From positions 18,985,237 through 19,049,236 of the forward strand of contig NC_092672.1 in the NCBI RefSeq assembly GCF_964355755.1: a stretch of 64,000 bases of DNA, given 5' to 3'. The position numbers were made by a program, and so were the translations under genes. Below the pieces are notes generated by a model, which saw nothing but the letters and a program-made list of their open reading frames with translations, was not told the origin of the DNA and made no database searches. Shown in pieces: positions 48,301 through 59,700 of the stretch (its first letter is position 1; the number at the start of each line of letters is the position of its first letter). The stretch is from Antedon mediterranea. Taxonomy: Eukaryota > Animalia > Echinodermata.

Positions 48301-48915
48301 TAACAAAAGCATCGGTAGCGCCTCATATAGTTGACCGTTGAATACAATACACAAGAGACACGAATGAATGCGTTCGTTTCATTGCTACAATGTTTATCAA
48401 ACGCATTCGGTTCTGGAATACGACGGCGAGAAATTCAACTTTAAACTTCAATTTTATCAGTTTCTGAAAGAATTAAGCTTTGAAATTTGCAATATACCCT
48501 TAATAATCAATTTCAACAGGTGGCTGCTCTCTGTCTGTCTGGTGGTAGGATTTATTGCTCTAGTAGTAGGTATCTGGTGGTATCTGGTGGTGTTTAGTAT
48601 CACCGGGCCGAATTTGTTTTTGGGCGACTTGACTAGCATCCCGTTTCTCCTAGTCCACCCACCCTCCCCCCTCCAACCTAGAAGAACTAGGCCCTAGGCC
48701 TAGGCCTAGGCCCACAACCCAGTTCAAGCTTCTTCCCAGCAGAGAGGTATAGGCCTAGAAGCCCTTTTGGCTGCATACTTGAAGTGGAGATGAACTCAAG
48801 AGGCTGGACACAACAAGCCTAGGATTCTACCATAGACAACTTTAGCTAAATAAATTACACCACACATTATGACACATACCATAAATGTATTTCTTTCCCC
48901 ATTTGCAGGGTCCAT
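39345..48915 (-). CDS. Uncharacterised 535-aa protein: TRMT1L-like tandem zinc fingers + coiled coil + disordered tail with basic NLS-like end
   Basis: Six GT-AG exons with consistent phases: 48915-48880, 45293-45092, 43504-43314, 42976-42784, 41989-41847, 40187-39345 (1608 nt). Motifs HCPFCP..LRAHYRVKH and GAHWHCFRC...H...H; ends ..RKRCKIN. Confidence 0.8.
40351..40461 (+). mobile_element. Helentron-associated (DINE-1/HINE-like) short element
   Basis: Sub-TIR AGTCGCGTG with nested and 3' inverted copies (ACGCGACT), GTCY microsatellite, short 3' hairpin, T-rich insertion site. Confidence 0.65.
42148..42297. mobile_element. Degenerate TcMar-like MITE
   Basis: Ends GTCAACTCT.../...AGAGTTGAC next to TA. 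Confidence 0.45.
43721..44352. mobile_element. Kolobok-like non-autonomous element
   Basis: TTAA on both sides; AG..CT termini; imperfect TIR AGCCCCATTCCCT/AGGGAAGGGTCT. Confidence 0.65.
47081..47470 (+). pseudogene. 3' fragment of a non-LTR retrotransposon ORF2
   Basis: C..C....E.E...H.LF.C zinc-knuckle pattern (PCILC...ENIQHLLFNC), followed by an A-rich tract. Confidence 0.55.
47609..47961. repeat. 38-bp minisatellite, ~9 copies
   Basis: CAGTATAATATGCATGCAATCTGTGCCTATACCTATCA. Confidence 0.93.
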
Positions 48916-49165
48916 TGCTGTTTGGAGTTGTTGAAACATGAAATATAACTTAATTTAAAGCAAACCTTGTGTAAACGTCATTTTCACAGATTTTGGTGAC
49001 GACACGATGTTGATGTTTTGTTAATTAATAATTTTATACTAAATTAATACGGGGCGCAAACACAAAACAAAATCTGTCTATCGCAAACAGACAGTTGCGG
49101 TTTTGTTGGTACAGTAGTACAAAGGATTTTGAGAAGACTTTGAGATGATATTATTACCAATGTAA
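48916..49165. promoter_or_regulatory. Putative bidirectional promoter (zinc-finger gene on -, 3-beta-HSD 5'UTR exon on +)
   Basis: - strand ATG at 48915; + strand donor AT|GTAAGT at ~49161 and acceptor CTTTTTAG at ~51639 just upstream of the HSD ATG. Confidence 0.4.
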
Positions 49166-50862
49166 GTACTAGCTTAGTTCCCATCAATCAATTGTTTGAT
49201 TGTCTTGGTCACACCTAGCCTAATATTACATACAGCCTAGCCTAGGCTAGGCCTACTATTAGCCTACCTAGGCCTAGGCCTATTTGGTCCTGTACGTCCC
49301 ACTCAGGGCCAGGCCAGGCTAGGCCTGGGGCCTACTAGCTAGGCCCAGGCCTAGGCTAGGCTATTAGTATTAGTATTATTATAATTTTAGTACGCCTAGC
49401 CCTAGGCCTATGTTTGTATGCCAATGCAGAAGAGATGAATCAACTTCCTTTCGACTCCAAACTTGTTAAGTAACTTATTGTAAATACCACACCTTAAAAT
49501 TAATAGGGTGTCGCCGTTGCGCCCCGTAGTAGTACCAACATGTTTTACTTAATTTGTCTTTTAAAAAAAATTAGCCTTTTTAATAAAATTAGCCCAGTAT
49601 GTAATGTATTTAGGCCCTAGGCCCAAGGTAGTGTATTACTATTATTACATTTTTGTCTTTGTGTGATTTGTAGGCCTATTTATTTCAAAATTGTTGTGTA
49701 AAATAGTTGGAGGTGTAATTTTTGCCCACAGTTATGACGGTTTTAATGAAATCGGTTGCGTCTGAAATCGGTCGCGTTTGAAATCGGTCGCGATAAACAC
49801 AACTTCCGCTATTTTATATGGTGCGCTACTAGAGCTATACTTTTGATGATATCGGCCGCGTTTGACATTGGTCGCGCTATTTGTATGGAGCGGGATGCAT
49901 ACTAGCGGGATATACATTTTCTTCGTTTATATAGATTTAATTGATATTTTTTAGGAACTGTATTATTTATTTGGATATTTTTTATTTGGTTTATAAATAT
50001 TTATTGTCAATCATTATTTTTTTTTTATTCCACAGGTCTTGGAGATATTTATTAACCAAATAAAAAATATCCACATAAATAATCTAGTTCCAAAGTTATT
50101 AAATCGGAAATGTTTTACTCTATTTAGTGGTAAATTATTTATAGGCCTATACAAATTATATTTCGTTACTTAGTGGATAATAAAGAATTATTAAGAATAA
50201 TTTAATATAAAGAATATTAAAAAATTGTTCCTCTTTGTATCTATCCTCATTCCCAACCCTCAACCCTAATGTTAGATACAAAACACAAATTAGGTTAAGT
50301 TTAAGTTTCTCATTTGGAAGTAATTCGCAGGGTGCTAATTTTGGTTGACTACATAAATCATTGTGTCTATTTATTTGTTTCTGTAGACGACAATGTTTTA
50401 TAGTCATGCGGTACGTACATTTGAAATCGCCAGTTTTTTTACGCTGAAATTACTATGTATTCAAGAACCATCTGTGGGCATGACCTACTGCAGATGGTAC
50501 GCGAGCGAAGCAATGGTTGTTCACTGTCATTTATTTGTACTATCGCACTCATTTCATTCTGTACAATAACATTGATGGTCTGGAATATAAAATACAAGCA
50601 CAACACAATATAATTAATATACAATATTATCAATATAAAAATTGCACATTAAGGTAAAGCAATGCAAAAAATGATTTTAATACATTGTGGGTGGTCCAGT
50701 CTAATCCAACAGTACAGCATTCATGGCAAATAATATCATAAAGTGATACCAAGACCGAATGAGGTTACTTGCCACTAAATAAAAAAACCTGGTAAATATC
50801 AACCAAATCAGTTCAGCAATATTCGAGTACCCAAATGCCACAATACAGTGCCTAAATCAATC

Positions 50863-51281
50863 TGTTCCGGGACGATTCGGCCCACTTTAGACCAAATTCA
50901 CATTCATTTTTGTTGGTATTTATCAAGTTTTTAAAGGGGTTTAACAATCCGTATTTTGTTGATATTGACAATGTTGATATAATATATAAAATGAATTACT
51001 AGAAAAACGTTTTTTTTATATTCAATTTATTACTGCGAAAACTTTGTTTTTTCGTGCATTCGTCAAGTGGCCAACAGAGGACGTAACTTGTTAACATCGT
51101 TCGCGTGATTAAAAAATTATGATTTTCGACAATGTTTCCAAACTGTTTGCTTTATTGCATCTTTATCCCTAGTAGTAGTAGTAGTAGTAGTAGTAGTCCC
51201 GGGCCGGATCGTCCCGGGCAGAATCGTCCCGGGCCGAAACGTCCCGGGCCGAATCGTCCAGGGTCGAATCGTCCTGGAACC
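50863..51281. mobile_element. MULE/Mutator-like foldback MITE
   Basis: TIR GTTCCGGGACGATTCG/CGAATCGTCCTGGAAC; 15-bp subterminal repeats; 9-bp TSD AAATCAATC (50854-50862, 51282-51290). Confidence 0.8.
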
Positions 51282-51667
51282 AAATCAATCTATACTGTTC
51301 TACGTTCACCAAATAAAACATTGGCAATCAATGTTGTATCATTAAAACAATAAATTATCAAACATTGGAAACAGTAGTTGCCAGGGTTGCTCTCACTGTT
51401 TCTGAGTGCTACCTAAAGTAGCTGTTCTCAAATGTGCCACCTATGTGATTATCTGTCACCATGTTGTACCTATTGCACCAACTTGTTTAACTACATTGGA
51501 AATTGTAAACACCTTATGCTATTTGATTAGGCCTATGTCTTTTTCCATTGAAATAGTCTGTAATGGTGGATGTTGCCTACAACAGATCAGTTTAACAGGA
51601 GTGTTATGTTAATACACAGAATTACTTCCCCTTTTTAGATTTTAATACCATTACAGTAAATATTAAC

Positions 51668-53586
51668 ATGGGTAAAGATGAAGAAGTTGTCGTGGTTACT
51701 GGTGGATGTGGCTTTGTTGGTCAACATGTAATCAAACATCTCCTAATTCAAGAAATGTTTCCAGTTAAAGAGGTTCGAGTATTTGACCTATCTTCTCAAT
51801 TTTGCTGCATTAATGAATTAAACGGTATGCCATTAAATAATGTCTTTACTATGTCTTTTTATTAACTGGAATGTTGTGTCTGGGGAAATTTCTGAATTTT
51901 TCTAAAGCATCAAGCTCTTGTGGTAGTTTTCCACATACCTGGAATATCCTGAATTTTAAAGAGGCTGGATGCAGTTGAAAAATTGGAAATTGAATACGGT
52001 ACAACATTTCAGACAAAAATTGTAACATTGTTTTGAGAACATCAAATTTGTTCTGTTGGTCTCATTTTACTCATTGAAAAAATGGATGTTTTTTGGACTT
52101 ACTTTTTAAAGCAGCTGGCCCAAAGCCTACAGTATAGAGGCCTCTAAAACAAGTATGCACTATTTTGATTACATTTGTGCTGTGAGTGCTGTTATTCTGT
52201 AATTAAGTAAGTACTGTAGTGGTGTTTAATTACTCAATTAATAGTAATCATTATAATGTACCTTGCTTCTAGTGAAAGATTGTCATACTCCTGTGAATCA
52301 CATCTGTGGAGACATCACCCAGCTGAACGATATCAGTAGAGCATGCAGAGGTGCCACAATGGTTATCCACACTGCAGGCAAAGTGGATGTTACTGCATGT
52401 CCAAATGTCGAGGCACTCAATTTGGTTAATTTAACAGGTATATCATTATTTGTATCCTTAATACAATTAAAACCATTTTAAATGATACGAATGTGAATTT
52501 ACAAATTCCTCAAAGTGACTTTATGAAAGAATCAGTTAATTTACAGTATTCATTTTATTGATTTAATTTTACATACAATAAAAAAAAACATACATTTGTT
52601 TTCTGCTAAAAGACAAATATGGAAATACCATATACAGTAGTTCAACTACTATATAATGTTTTCAAACATATTTTTTGCGAAATATCTACAGTAAGATAAG
52701 GTAGCAGGTATCCGAGATAGTTATTTACACTAAACAGTTTTTTGCATTGTGTCCACCTATCTAAAAATGATAATTTATATATATATATGCTTGCATATTT
52801 ATTTTTTATTTTTAAGGAACAAAGAATGTTGTTAAAGCTTGTATTGACAACTGTATCAATATTTTGGTGTTCACAAGTACTGTTGATGTTGTTATTGGTG
52901 AAGAACCAATCATAAATGGAACAGAATCAACACTTTGGATTCCATCATCGCACCACTTTGGGCCATACGCCCACACCAAATCTGAAGCAGAGAAAGTCAT
53001 CTTACATGCAAACAATCACATTCTCCCGAATGAAAAAAAGCTAAAGACATGTGCGTTGCGCATATCACCTGTTTATGGCGAAGGCGATCCAAATTTTAGC
53101 AAGCAGTTAAAATCTGCCAAAAAGCAAGGAAAGATGATGCGTATCTCAAACGAGTCGTCAAAACTACAACACATATATGCGGGTAATGTTGGTTATGCCC
53201 ATGTTGTTGCTGCAAATGCACTTCGCAATCCTGTATGTCCTACCGGTCAAGCTTACTTCATTACTGATGACACGCCAGTTTCTAGTTTGAATGCATTTTT
53301 ACATCCATTTTTGGAAAACTTAGGTGTAAAGACGTATTCATACACAATTCCTTATTGGTTTTTATACCTACTGGCGTTTATTACTGAGCTAGCTGCTTGG
53401 ATTACGAAACCACTCAAGATATTCCGTCCTATATTCACTAGACGTGTGGTACAATTTATTAATTCAGTTGTATATTTCAATTCTAACTTGGCCAAATTAG
53501 AGTTGGGATATAAACCTCTATACACATATGAGGAATCCTTAAATAAAAGTTTGGTATATTATCGTAGATATGTTTCAAGTCCCTAG
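51668..53586 (+). CDS. HSD3B: 3-beta-hydroxysteroid dehydrogenase/isomerase family (extended SDR), 363 aa
   Basis: Exons 51668-51824, 52273-52437 and 52817-53586 (two phase-1 introns). Motifs TGGCGFVG, IHTA, FTST, YAHTK (YxxxK), TCALR..VYGEGD, YAGNV, GQAYFI.D, LGYKP. The exact orthologue is uncertain. Confidence 0.9.
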
Positions 53587-54810
53587 TGCAAGACAAGTAC
53601 TTTGTACATATTCTATTAACAGTCTATAACGCATCAGGTAGCAACATACAGTCATTTATGGCGTATTTCAAGACTATAGCCCTATACTATGGTATCTAGC
53701 TTTAAATTAAATTGATAGCCTATTTGAACATATTACAGTTTCTTGTGAAATGGCTTGTTTAAAATCAATTAGAATGTTAAACATTCCTTAGAATAAATAT
53801 TAATATTTGTGATAACAATTTGTGGTACAAATACATACAGATATGTCCAGTACATCGTAATAATACTATTTTGCTATAAATAAATGTCAACATAGATAAA
53901 TGTAAATGTGCTGGGTCGCACTGTAACATAGCAAATACAGTATAAATATAAATAAATAGAAAGTACCCCTAATAATTAGGGAGATGACTTATATATATAT
54001 ATTACTGCTATTTTGTGCAGTAAAAAGAAATGTTTCTTTTAATAAAAAAAATAATAAATTAGTTTATACTTTATCTAACGAAATATATTTTTGTTTGTAA
54101 GAAATATGAGATGGAATTTAATTGGCATGATGGTAGGTGTGCTACAAAAATGCTTTTGTTTATCAATATTGTGTATGTAATTGTATTCAGTAGAATACAG
54201 TACTGTATGCCTATATATACAAAATATTAACAAAACGTATACAAGGCTAACTTTTGTACAATAAATTACTTTCTACAGTATTATATATAATACTATCTTT
54301 GACCATAACGCCTGGCAGGGAAGAGTTCAATTGTAATTTCACTCTTCCCCGGGCATAGTCAGTATTGTTTGTGTAGTAAAAAATTTAAAGTTGCTACAAG
54401 TGTGCTATACAATCTTGCTGTTTCTATATAATTGATAATATTCAATTATATTTTAGATACTAAGATTTATATTTTGTATATTTTAAAATTATAGTATAGC
54501 TATTACATTCATATTCCATTAAAATCATTTTATTTTTAGATACTAAATTTATGTATTTTTATATTTGTATGATTGGAATTACTGCCTTGAGTTACTGTAA
54601 TAGTGATCTTTTCTGATTCATTTGTTGAAGTTTTGGTCAAATAAATACATTATACAGACGTAGCTTTGTGTTGCTTACTCACTGTATTAAAACCCAGTGT
54701 TGAAATCCTTGTCATAAGATGTAGAGTATGATTGTACTTTAAATGTCAAAGTGAAAGAATTGCTATTGGCAATCTACCATTGTCATTTTTAACCAACTGT
54801 TCATTCACAA

Positions 54811-54890
54811 AGCCAAGTGGTCTAATGGCTATGACATCTGTATCAAGCAGGAGGTTCCGGGTTCGAATCTCGGTTGGAGCGACTTTTTCT
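54811..54890 (+). mobile_element. tRNA-derived SINE head
   Basis: A box TGGTCTAATGG, B box GGTTCGAATC, imperfect cloverleaf, T-run. Confidence 0.55.
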
Positions 54891-55164
54891 CACAGATTTC
54901 CTCATCTTATCGTTTCAAATTAATCAATGTTAATTTTAGTATATCACCAGGCAGTTTAGAATTTGTTCTGTGCCTGTGGTGTTTATATATATAAAAGTAT
55001 CTCTTTGGAGATCCCGCTTCGTGAATTAAAAACTAAAAGATAAGGGTGTATCAATTTGATATCTGGTGCGTGTGCGTAAAATGAAGGCACTAGTGCTGTT
55101 CCGCCGTACCACACCAAGAGTGTTAAAGAGTCTCTATCCAATCGAGTTTGAACAATACCATGAA

Positions 55165-55246
55165 AGCCCCATGGTCTAATAGTTATAGGACAATTGCATA
55201 TCAAGCAGAAGGTTCCGGGTTCAAATCTCAATTGGGGGCGACTTTT
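55165..55246 (+). mobile_element. tRNA-derived SINE head (second copy)
   Basis: TGGTCTAATAG ... TATCAAGCAG ... GGTTCAAATC; similar to 54811. Confidence 0.5.
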
Positions 55247-56760
55247 AATTATTCTCAACTGATGGATTGTCAATTTACATTAACATTGTCTATAGCCATT
55301 GCAATAAACATAAAGCATTTTGATTGTATACAAATGGAAGAATTAACCATTTTACAAAATAATCTTATACTCTGCATTGGACATATAGATTCTTTACATT
55401 ATCAAACGGATAATAAATTATAAAAAGATAATGAAATAATGACAATTGTCGATAATTTTTGTAAACATTAAGCTACTTTCACATCTCTCCTTGCACTGGC
55501 ATGCACCCTGAGAAAAATGTCGTGAGCGTTGAGCGTGCTTGCACATCGAGCACAAATTTGGTTATCCATTGTCAAGCAAGGTTATTCATGCTCATGTTCT
55601 GCCGATTGGACAAAAGAAATAAAATCATACAATTTCAGAAAACAAATGGCTTTTCTTACCAGATTCAAATCAAACAAATTTGGTGTAACGATCCTACTGT
55701 ATGCTTTACCACTGAACTCATTTTCCACAATATTTTTCTCAGGGCACCGAACTGAATCTGGGCATGAAGTGAAAGCAGCTTTACTCAATATTTATGTTAC
55801 GTGATTTCTTTCCATTTTGGTAGCTTTCTGATTAATTATAATTGTAGATTCTTTGGGAATGTGTGTATGAGTGACTTATCTTATTTGAAATACACTATAT
55901 AGCCCTACTTGGAAGTTAATAATCATAATCTAATTTTTTTTTTTGGACATCATTGAAGCAGTTTGTTTTATGGAACAAAATAAATAAAACAAAAAAATAC
56001 ATGTACTGTTGTTTATTCCAATAACCATTTCCCACATTTAAAATAAAAAGTATATGTAAAAAAAGTATTCATATGAATTTTAACAGAATTAGAACTTTTA
56101 ATGCATTATTAATATAATCATAAATTACTTATCAATTACACATACATACTGTAGGCCTACAATTAATTTCATTATTAAGACATTAGGACTTTATTTGGCC
56201 TTAGCAATCATGATGATACATTCACAGGTATCCTGGTTACCCTGTACCTAATTGGTAAGAGGTATATAGGTCCGAAATTATTCACCATTCATTTGTTATT
56301 ATTGTGGGATATTGGGAGGGTTAGTTTTATGTTAAGAAAGACTAATTTTGGTAATTCTTATACACATATATTATATGACCACTTAACTGCATTATAATAA
56401 ATATATAACTAAACAATTTAGTTGTTTTATTTACATTTAATGATGAATGATTTGCAATCGAATACAATAATAAATTGTAAAATACATTCAATTCTTTAAT
56501 TGCAAAGCAAATTACGACTGTAATATTTACTCTTTTGTCCAAAATTACTTTATTGGTAGATGTTTAACAAAAAAAGTTGACAATGGAGAAAGTAAAGTGA
56601 GTAGAGTCAAATATAAAAAACCGGAAGCTCTTCTGGTTCAAACAATATTTCCCGTAAAGATTCAATTAGCAGGAAAGAATTTAGGACCCAATGAAACTTC
56701 CTTAACAAATTTCTTTCAACAATTCCAGTTTTATTATTTCAGTATTCTAAGAGACGTTTT

Positions 56761-59700
56761 TTATAATTTCTTTTTAATCAATTTTTCCAATCTTTTAATT
56801 CTGCTAGTTTCTTCACGAACTGCTGTTGCTCCATGCTGTCCCCTGCCAGTGGTTGTCTGTGATGGTAATCTAGTTTTAAATAACTCCAACATCATGTTTT
56901 GATCACTTCTCTTAAGCCCCTTTATAAACCAAAACAAAAAAATATTGGAATGTTTTTTTTAAAATGTAGGCCAGACCTCACTGGATGATTACAAGTAAAA
57001 TTGTCTCCATCAACTACAACCTAAACAACTTTGGCAACTGGAAATTGACATTATCTCATGTCATTTTACATTTCCCTGCATAATCCTACTGATATTACGT
57101 ACATATCAAAGCAAAAGAAGTAAGTGTAGGTGACAACCATAGCACAATTAATTGCATTGTAGCAATAAGGTGTACCACAAAACATGGTTTAAAACAAAAC
57201 GCATTTCTAAACACTTGGATAAAAACACACTCTGAAAAGCTGTTTAAAACATATTTTTCTATCCCCAGTAAAAACACACCTTATGTGATTAACAAAGAAG
57301 TTAAAAATAAGATAAATTCAACAATCATACCTTCATCTCAAGAACTTTTTGGAAATTTGATGTATCTGTATCATCTAGTAATTTAAGGTAATTATCAACA
57401 AATGCTTGAATGGGATCAGCTGGAGACATCACAACCTAAATGAATGAACAACAAATGGAAAAAATAAGAATGAATATAATAAACTGCAGAGTTCAAAACA
57501 CCAGGTTAAAGGCACTCCACTCTGGTGGAATGAGTTTAAAACACCAGGTTAAAGGCACTCCACTCTGGTGGAATGAGTTTAAAACACCAGGTTAAAGGCA
57601 CTCCACTCTGGTGGAATGAGTTCAAAACACCAGGTTAAAGGCACTCCACTCTGGTGGAATGAGTTCAAGACACCAGGTTAAAGGCACTCCACTCTGGTGG
57701 AATGAGTTTAAAACACCAGGTTAAAGGCACTCCACTCTGGTGGAATGTGTTTAAAACACCAGGTTAAAGGCACTCCACTCTGGTGGAATGTGTTTAAAAC
57801 ACCAGGTTAAAGGCACTCCACTCTGGTGGAATGTGTTTAAAACACCAGGTTAAAGGCACTCCACTCTGGTGGAATGTGTTTAAAACACCAGGTTAAAGGC
57901 ACTCCACTCTGGTGGAATGTGTTTAAAACACCAGGTTAAAGGCACTCCACTCTGGTGGAATGTGTTTAAAACACCAGGTTAAAGGCACTCCACTCTGGTG
58001 GAATGTGTTTAAAACACCAGGTTAAAGGCACTCCACTCTGGTGGAATGTGTTTAAAACACCAGGTTAAAGGCACTCCACTCTGGTGGAATGTGTTTAAAA
58101 CACCAGGTTAAAGGCACTTCACTCTGGTGGAATGTGTTTAAAAGACCAGGTTAAAGGCACTCCACTCTGGTGGAATGTGTTCAAAACACCAGGTTAAAGG
58201 CACTCCACTCTGGTGGAATGAGTTCAAGACACCAGGTTAAAGGCACTTGTGGAGCCGTGAAATGTGCAAACAACCACATTTGTGTAAACATTTTACCTTC
58301 AAATGTGCAAACAACCACATTTGTGCAAACATTTTACCTTCAAATGTGCAAATCTGTTAAAATTCATAACCCGCAAATGTGCAAACATCACGCCGTTAAA
58401 TGTAAAAACGATCAGTTTTGACGTTAAATGTGCAAAAGGTATTCTACAAATGTGCAAAGCATTCTTCAACCAAGCTCCTATTCCATTTTATATTTTTGGT
58501 TCGTAGGTCTTTCAGAGTAGAAATAACAATAGGAAAAAGAGTATAATAAAATGTTCAATATCATAACTAATTATACTGTTGTATTTTATTATAATCAAAG
58601 GCTCCAAATCGCCTCGGCTAAATTCAAGTCGGCCCCAAGTCAACTCGCCCTGAAGTCAACTCGGCCTCAAGTCAACTCGGCCAAAAACTAATCGGTCAAC
58701 TAACATTCATATTCATTCTAATATTCATCCCTATAACATGCGCACTTCGTTTTTATTATTTTTCTTCTGTTCAGTAGACTTATTTTGTCCCATTCATTTG
58801 CACTTTTTGCGTTTCATACTTTAAGGTGGCCTAGTTGACGTGAGGCCGAGTTGACTTCAGGGCGAGTTGACTTGTGGGCGAGTTGACTTGGGGTCGACTT
58901 GAATTTGACTTAGACGGGTTAAAGCCTTTGATCATAATAAAATACAACAGTATAATTAGCCTAGTTATTATGATATTGAGCATTTTAAATTTATTAGACT
59001 CTTTTACCTATTGTTATTTCTACTCTGAAAGACCTACGAACCAAAAATATAAAATGTAATAGGAATTTGACTGAATAAATGATTTGCACATTTAACGTCA
59101 AAACGGATCGTTTTTACATTTAACGTCGTGATGTTTGCACATTTGCAGGTTATACATTTTTACAGATTTGCACATTTGAAGGTAAAATGTTTGCACAAAT
59201 GTGGTTGTTTGCACATTTGAAGGTAAAATGTTTGCACAAATGTGGTTGTTTGCACAAATGTGACTTTTTGCACATTTCACGGCTCCACAGCACTCCACTC
59301 TGGTGGAATGTGTTTAAAACACCAGGTTAAAGGCACTCCACTCTGGTGGAATGTGTTCAAAACACCAGGTTAAAGGCACTCCACTCTGGTGAAATGTGTT
59401 CAAAACACCAGGTTAAAGGCACTCCACTCTGGTGGAATGCGTTCAAAACACCAGGTTAAAGACACTCCACTCTGGTGAAATGCATTCAAAACACCAGGTT
59501 AAAGGCACTCCACTCTGGTGGAATGCGTTCAAAACACCAGGTTAAAGGCACTCCACTCTGGTGAAATACGTTCAAAACACCAGGTTAAAGGCACTCCACT
59601 CTGGTGAAATGCACTGGGACGTAATTTTGAAAGGTAGACACATACTGTAGCAGTATTTACTATCTTTTTACTGCAAAACTCCTCTGTTTCAGGATTTTGA

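Larger units (their letters stand above)
46701..48580. mobile_element. Long-inverted-repeat (~240 bp) element with nested LINE fragment and minisatellite
   Basis: 46701-46938 is the inverted copy of ~48310-48580; no clear TSD. Confidence 0.6.

Noticed and set aside
57490-59612. CRISPR-like palindromic repeats
   Set aside because: No spacers; a tandem 43-bp VNTR within a VPS53 intron.
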